A stretch of DNA of 32,000 nucleotides. Origin: Methanocaldococcus jannaschii DSM 2661. Lineage in GTDB: Archaea > AGJL01 > Methanococci > Methanococcales > Methanocaldococcaceae. The notes beneath the pieces are model-generated. The model searched no databases. It was not told where the DNA came from and was given only the letters and a program-made list of their open reading frames with translations. The stretch is taken from positions 790,712 to 822,711 of the forward strand of contig NC_000909.1 in the NCBI RefSeq assembly GCF_000091665.1, given 5' to 3'. How positions within the stretch are numbered: the first letter of the stretch is position 1; every line of letters begins with the position of its first letter. Position numbers and translations under genes: made by a program. Shown in pieces: positions 28,882 to 32,000 of the stretch.

Positions 28882-30291
28882 GTGGTGGGGTTTATGATTG
28901 CCCTCTCTGTTTCAAGTGGTTATTTGCTCGATAATAATTATAGTGAGTATTCCTACTATATATTGGATAATGATGAGGACTTTCTTGTCTTTGTTATATG
29001 CGATGAGCCAAATACATTAAAATGTGGATTTAGAATATCTGAAATATTTTCAAGAGTTTTTTGCAATGCAGTTTATAACAACAGATACATAACCAACTTA
29101 AAAAATCTTATAGAAGTTGGTATTTATGAGGCTCTTGAAAATATGGATAAATTTTTGAAACAAAAAGGTCTTGATTATAATGATTTAAATGTATCTATTG
29201 CTGGAGGCGTATATAGAAATGGTAAATTAATGCTATTTTCTTTAGGAAATTCACCAGTATTTGTTGTTGATAAAGATTATTACTTATATTGCCCATTTGA
29301 TTTAAATAAAAACTACAATCTAAAAGATTGGAAGAAATTCATAAAATTCAGCGAAGTAATAGAAAATCCGAAAAGTGTTGTCGCTTGCAGTAACAAACTC
29401 GATGGAAAGGTGTTTAAATTTAAAAATGAGAATAACAAACTAATTGCTGAACCATTTAAATATAGGATTATACAGTTAATAAATAGTATAATATCCAATA
29501 GAGAAAATATCGATAAAATAAAGGAAGAGCTAAAAACTGATTTAAATTTAAAAGATAATACTCCTCTTTTTGTTGCATCTTTTGATGAAAAACCAATAAA
29601 TGATGAACTTGTTAAAGTAGGAAAGCCAAAATTAAAAGTAAGAGGATGTACTCCCATATTATCAAAAAAGAAAGAGGAAACATCTCCGCATATTGAACCA
29701 AAAATAATTAAAAATATGGTATTGGCGTTTATTTTAATTTTAATTCTTATATTTGGACTGTTTGTAATGTTAAGTCATAACAATTTAAATGGAGGAAATA
29801 ATAGTGATATTGTCAATAACTCATCATATCAAGTAAATACTTCAAAAATTTCAATAATAACTGTAAATAATGAAAATAAATCAACAAATATTTCGCTAAA
29901 TCCAATACAAACTGTTAAGACAGTTTCTTCTCTAAATAATTTGGATTTGAATAATACAATCACTAAATCTAAAAACAAAGATAGTTTAAAAATATTAGTA
30001 AAGTTTCAAGTGGGTGAAATTTCAAAAGATATAAAGAAATTGCCAATCTCTATAATGTTCCCAGAACAAGGATATTACTATATCTCAATAAAATCAGAAA
30101 ATAGTAACTTAAAACTGATTGATGTAGAGAATGGAGAGGTTGTATATAAAAACACTACCTTAATTGAACTGTTTGAAAAAATTGATGGAAAAGAAAAAAC
30201 CTACAACTTAATAGTTGAGTATAACGGTTCTGAGATACCTTCAGAAAAGGGGATTAATATTTCAATCTTTGAAATAAAGATAATAAAGTAA
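28882..30291 (+). CDS. Hypothetical membrane-anchored protein: N-terminal cytoplasmic domain (possibly PP2C-like), one TM helix, C-terminal extracytoplasmic domain
   Basis: 469-aa ORF; AGGVYRNGKLMLFSLGNSPVFVVDKD, TM IIKNMVLAFILILILIFGLFVML, Asn/Ser-rich linker and beta-rich tail. Confidence 0.7.
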   Translation: MVGFMIALSVSSGYLLDNNYSEYSYYILDNDEDFLVFVICDEPNTLKCGFRISEIFSRVFCNAVYNNRYITNLKNLIEVGIYEALENMDKFLKQKGLDYNDLNVSIAGGVYRNGKLMLFSLGNSPVFVVDKDYYLYCPFDLNKNYNLKDWKKFIKFSEVIENPKSVVACSNKLDGKVFKFKNENNKLIAEPFKYRIIQLINSIISNRENIDKIKEELKTDLNLKDNTPLFVASFDEKPINDELVKVGKPKLKVRGCTPILSKKKEETSPHIEPKIIKNMVLAFILILILIFGLFVMLSHNNLNGGNNSDIVNNSSYQVNTSKISIITVNNENKSTNISLNPIQTVKTVSSLNNLDLNNTITKSKNKDSLKILVKFQVGEISKDIKKLPISIMFPEQGYYYISIKSENSNLKLIDVENGEVVYKNTTLIELFEKIDGKEKTYNLIVEYNGSEIPSEKGINISIFEIKIIK

Positions 30292-30303
30292 AGTAGTTAA
30301 TTA

Positions 30304-30669
30304 TTATTCAATCTTCTTTTTGAGTTTGATTAATACATAAATAGCCTCTGCTATCTCCCGTATTCTACTAACTTCATCCTCTTCTTTTAGTTTCATTACT
30401 AAATAGTTTATTTTATCCATTACTACCTTGTTTAAATCCAATATCTCATTAATTTCAGATTTTTTCCTCTCAATTTCATTTTTAATTTCTTTTTCATTTT
30501 CACCTTTTTCAATTGTCTCTTTATTTTTCAATTTTTCACATATGGGGCAATATATCTTTCCATCCTTTTCAAATAATGGACATCCACACTTTGAACAGTG
30601 AGTAGAAAGCATCTTTGCTCCTTTTAACAATTCATTAGATAAAACTTTTATTGCATCATCATTTTTCAT
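30304..30669 (-). CDS. UPF0148-type small protein with zinc ribbon (Sjogren's/scleroderma autoantigen 1-like)
   Basis: MKNDDAIKVLSNELLKGAKMLSTHCSKCGCPLFEKDGKIYCPICE followed by a coiled-coil helical tail. The ATG at 30669 is a better start than 30717. Confidence 0.82.
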   Translation of the reverse strand: MKNDDAIKVLSNELLKGAKMLSTHCSKCGCPLFEKDGKIYCPICEKLKNKETIEKGENEKEIKNEIERKKSEINEILDLNKVVMDKINYLVMKLKEEDEVSRIREIAEAIYVLIKLKKKIE

Positions 30670-30979
30670 GTTTTCACCAAAATTATAACATAAGTTGTCA
30701 ATAACAGTTTTTATCATGTTTATCCATTAGTTTATATAAATTTGGATTTGTTTAAATTTATTTGGCATAATCATTACGTTAATTTGCTATTTAAGATTCG
30801 ACTATCGTTTTACCTACACAAACCTCTACATAAACACCGATAAAATTGACTACGCAATAAATTACGCAAAAAGAATATATTTTAAGAAAATTACAGTTTA
30901 TAGTGAGGTGGATTGAGGAAAGTGTGGGGGAATTGTGTGGGGGAGGAAAATACTACAAGCAATTGAGGGATTAATATAC

Positions 30980-31175
30980 TCAGGTGATATGAGATGAAGG
31001 TCTTTGAGTTTTTAAAGGGTAAGAGGGGGGCCATGGGTATAGGAACTTTGATAATCTTCATAGCCATGGTCTTAGTCGCTGCAGTAGCAGCAGCAGTCTT
31101 AATTAACACAAGTGGATTCCTCCAACAAAAAGCAATGGCTACAGGTAAAGAAAGCACCGAACAAGTTGCAAGTGG
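30980..31175 (+). repeat. 196-bp exact direct repeat, copy 1 (RBS and 5' end of the first archaellin)
   Basis: Identical to 31716-31911 from TCAGGTGATATGAG through GAACAAGTTGCAAGTGG. Confidence 0.95.
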
Positions 31176-31647
31176 TTTAATGTGTATTGGAGTTACAGGA
31201 CACTATGACAAAACTTTAGGAGGTATTGACAAATTAGCTATCTATATAACTCCAAATGCAGGAAGTGCTCCAATTGACTTAAAGAATGCTAAGTTGTTCT
31301 TGATATATGATGGGGAATCACATGTTTTAAACTACAGTACAGTTACAACTGCAACTTTAGGGGCTGATGATATATTTAACTCATCAGCAATAACTGACTG
31401 GTCATTAGCAGATAGCTCATCATATGTTGTGGGGGTTATCCAAGATGCTGATGGTTCATTATCAAATGGCGTTATTAACAAAGGAGATATTGCAGTTTTA
31501 TTAGTTAATGCAAATGCAGTATTTAATAAGGCAATACCTACAAGATCAGAAGTCTCAGGACAGTTCCAGCCAGAATTTGGTGCTCCAGCAGTTATCCAAT
31601 TTACAACACCAGCTGCATATACACAAACTGTAATTGAGTTACAATAA
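30994..31647 (+). CDS. flaB1: Archaellin (archaeal flagellin) FlaB1-type
   Basis: Class III signal peptide [12 protein letters not shown]|[35 protein letters not shown]; GGTGAT RBS; tandem with a second archaellin. Confidence 0.95.
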   Translation: MKVFEFLKGKRGAMGIGTLIIFIAMVLVAAVAAAVLINTSGFLQQKAMATGKESTEQVASGLMCIGVTGHYDKTLGGIDKLAIYITPNAGSAPIDLKNAKLFLIYDGESHVLNYSTVTTATLGADDIFNSSAITDWSLADSSSYVVGVIQDADGSLSNGVINKGDIAVLLVNANAVFNKAIPTRSEVSGQFQPEFGAPAVIQFTTPAAYTQTVIELQ

Positions 31648-31715
31648 ATTCCTAATCAAAATTGACTCCACATCCTAAAAAGTGTAATTAACTTAAATAT
31701 CTTAAATAACAACTT

Positions 31716-31911
31716 TCAGGTGATATGAGATGAAGGTCTTTGAGTTTTTAAAGGGTAAGAGGGGGGCCATGGGTATAGGAACTTTGATAATCTTCATAGC
31801 CATGGTCTTAGTCGCTGCAGTAGCAGCAGCAGTCTTAATTAACACAAGTGGATTCCTCCAACAAAAAGCAATGGCTACAGGTAAAGAAAGCACCGAACAA
31901 GTTGCAAGTGG
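31716..31911 (+). repeat. 196-bp exact direct repeat, copy 2 (RBS and 5' end of the second archaellin)
   Basis: Identical to 30980-31175 at an offset of 736 bp. Confidence 0.95.
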
Positions 31912-32000
31912 GCTTTCAACACTTCAAGTAATTGGAATACATGATAACAAAGCTATCAATTATTTAGCTATCTATATAACTCCAAATGCAGGAAGTGCAG
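31730..32000 (+). CDS. flaB2: Archaellin FlaB2-type, truncated by the window edge
   Basis: [90 protein letters not shown]...; GGTGAT RBS. Confidence 0.94.
   Translation, partial: MKVFEFLKGKRGAMGIGTLIIFIAMVLVAAVAAAVLINTSGFLQQKAMATGKESTEQVASGLSTLQVIGIHDNKAINYLAIYITPNAGSA

Noticed and set aside
30891-31157. Paired antisense ORFs [35 protein letters not shown]... at 30891 and 31702
   Set aside because: The similarity between them simply mirrors the 196-bp archaellin duplication; they are antisense shadows.
1-32000. CRISPR array, tRNA or rRNA genes
   Set aside because: I saw no regularly spaced repeats and no GC-rich cloverleaf or rRNA-like tracts, which would stand out in this AT-rich genome. 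This was a visual scan only; tRNAscan-SE and a CRISPR finder would settle it.

Overview
This 32 kb window is AT-rich, gene-dense archaeal DNA. Gene content, gene order and signature proteins match Methanocaldococcus (M. jannaschii or a very close relative). That assignment is from recognition, not a database search. Most of the window is core methanogen chromosome: a t6A methylthiotransferase (partial), a CBS protein, RadA, F420-dependent sulfite reductase (Fsr), a BtuCDF/FecBCD-type ABC uptake cluster, a NifH-like CfbC-type protein, ArgF, Trm5b, RfcL, family-B DNA polymerase with two inteins, MoeA with a fused C-terminal domain, CofC, and the start of the archaellin locus. I found no CRISPR array, tRNA, rRNA or complete transposon. 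The most notable observations are: (1) a 748-aa helical-repeat (TPR-like) protein with a C-terminal HEPN-like R-x4-H motif, placed inside the ABC transporter cluster; (2) an intergenic scar after argF, with a 47-bp argF 3'-end remnant whose 5 differences from the functional copy are all synonymous, separated from the gene by four consecutive short hairpins; (3) three genes split by single-base frameshifts, two of them at A6/A7 homopolymers; (4) two TGTG-N11-CACA dyads upstream of fsr; (5) a long hyphenated dyad in the divergent permease/binding-protein region; (6) a 196-bp perfect duplication at the 5' ends of the tandem archaellin genes; (7) a polymerase intein with an apparently degenerate homing endonuclease beside one that looks intact. 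I found no clear multi-gene novel system; the HEPN-like gene is the best candidate for undescribed biology.
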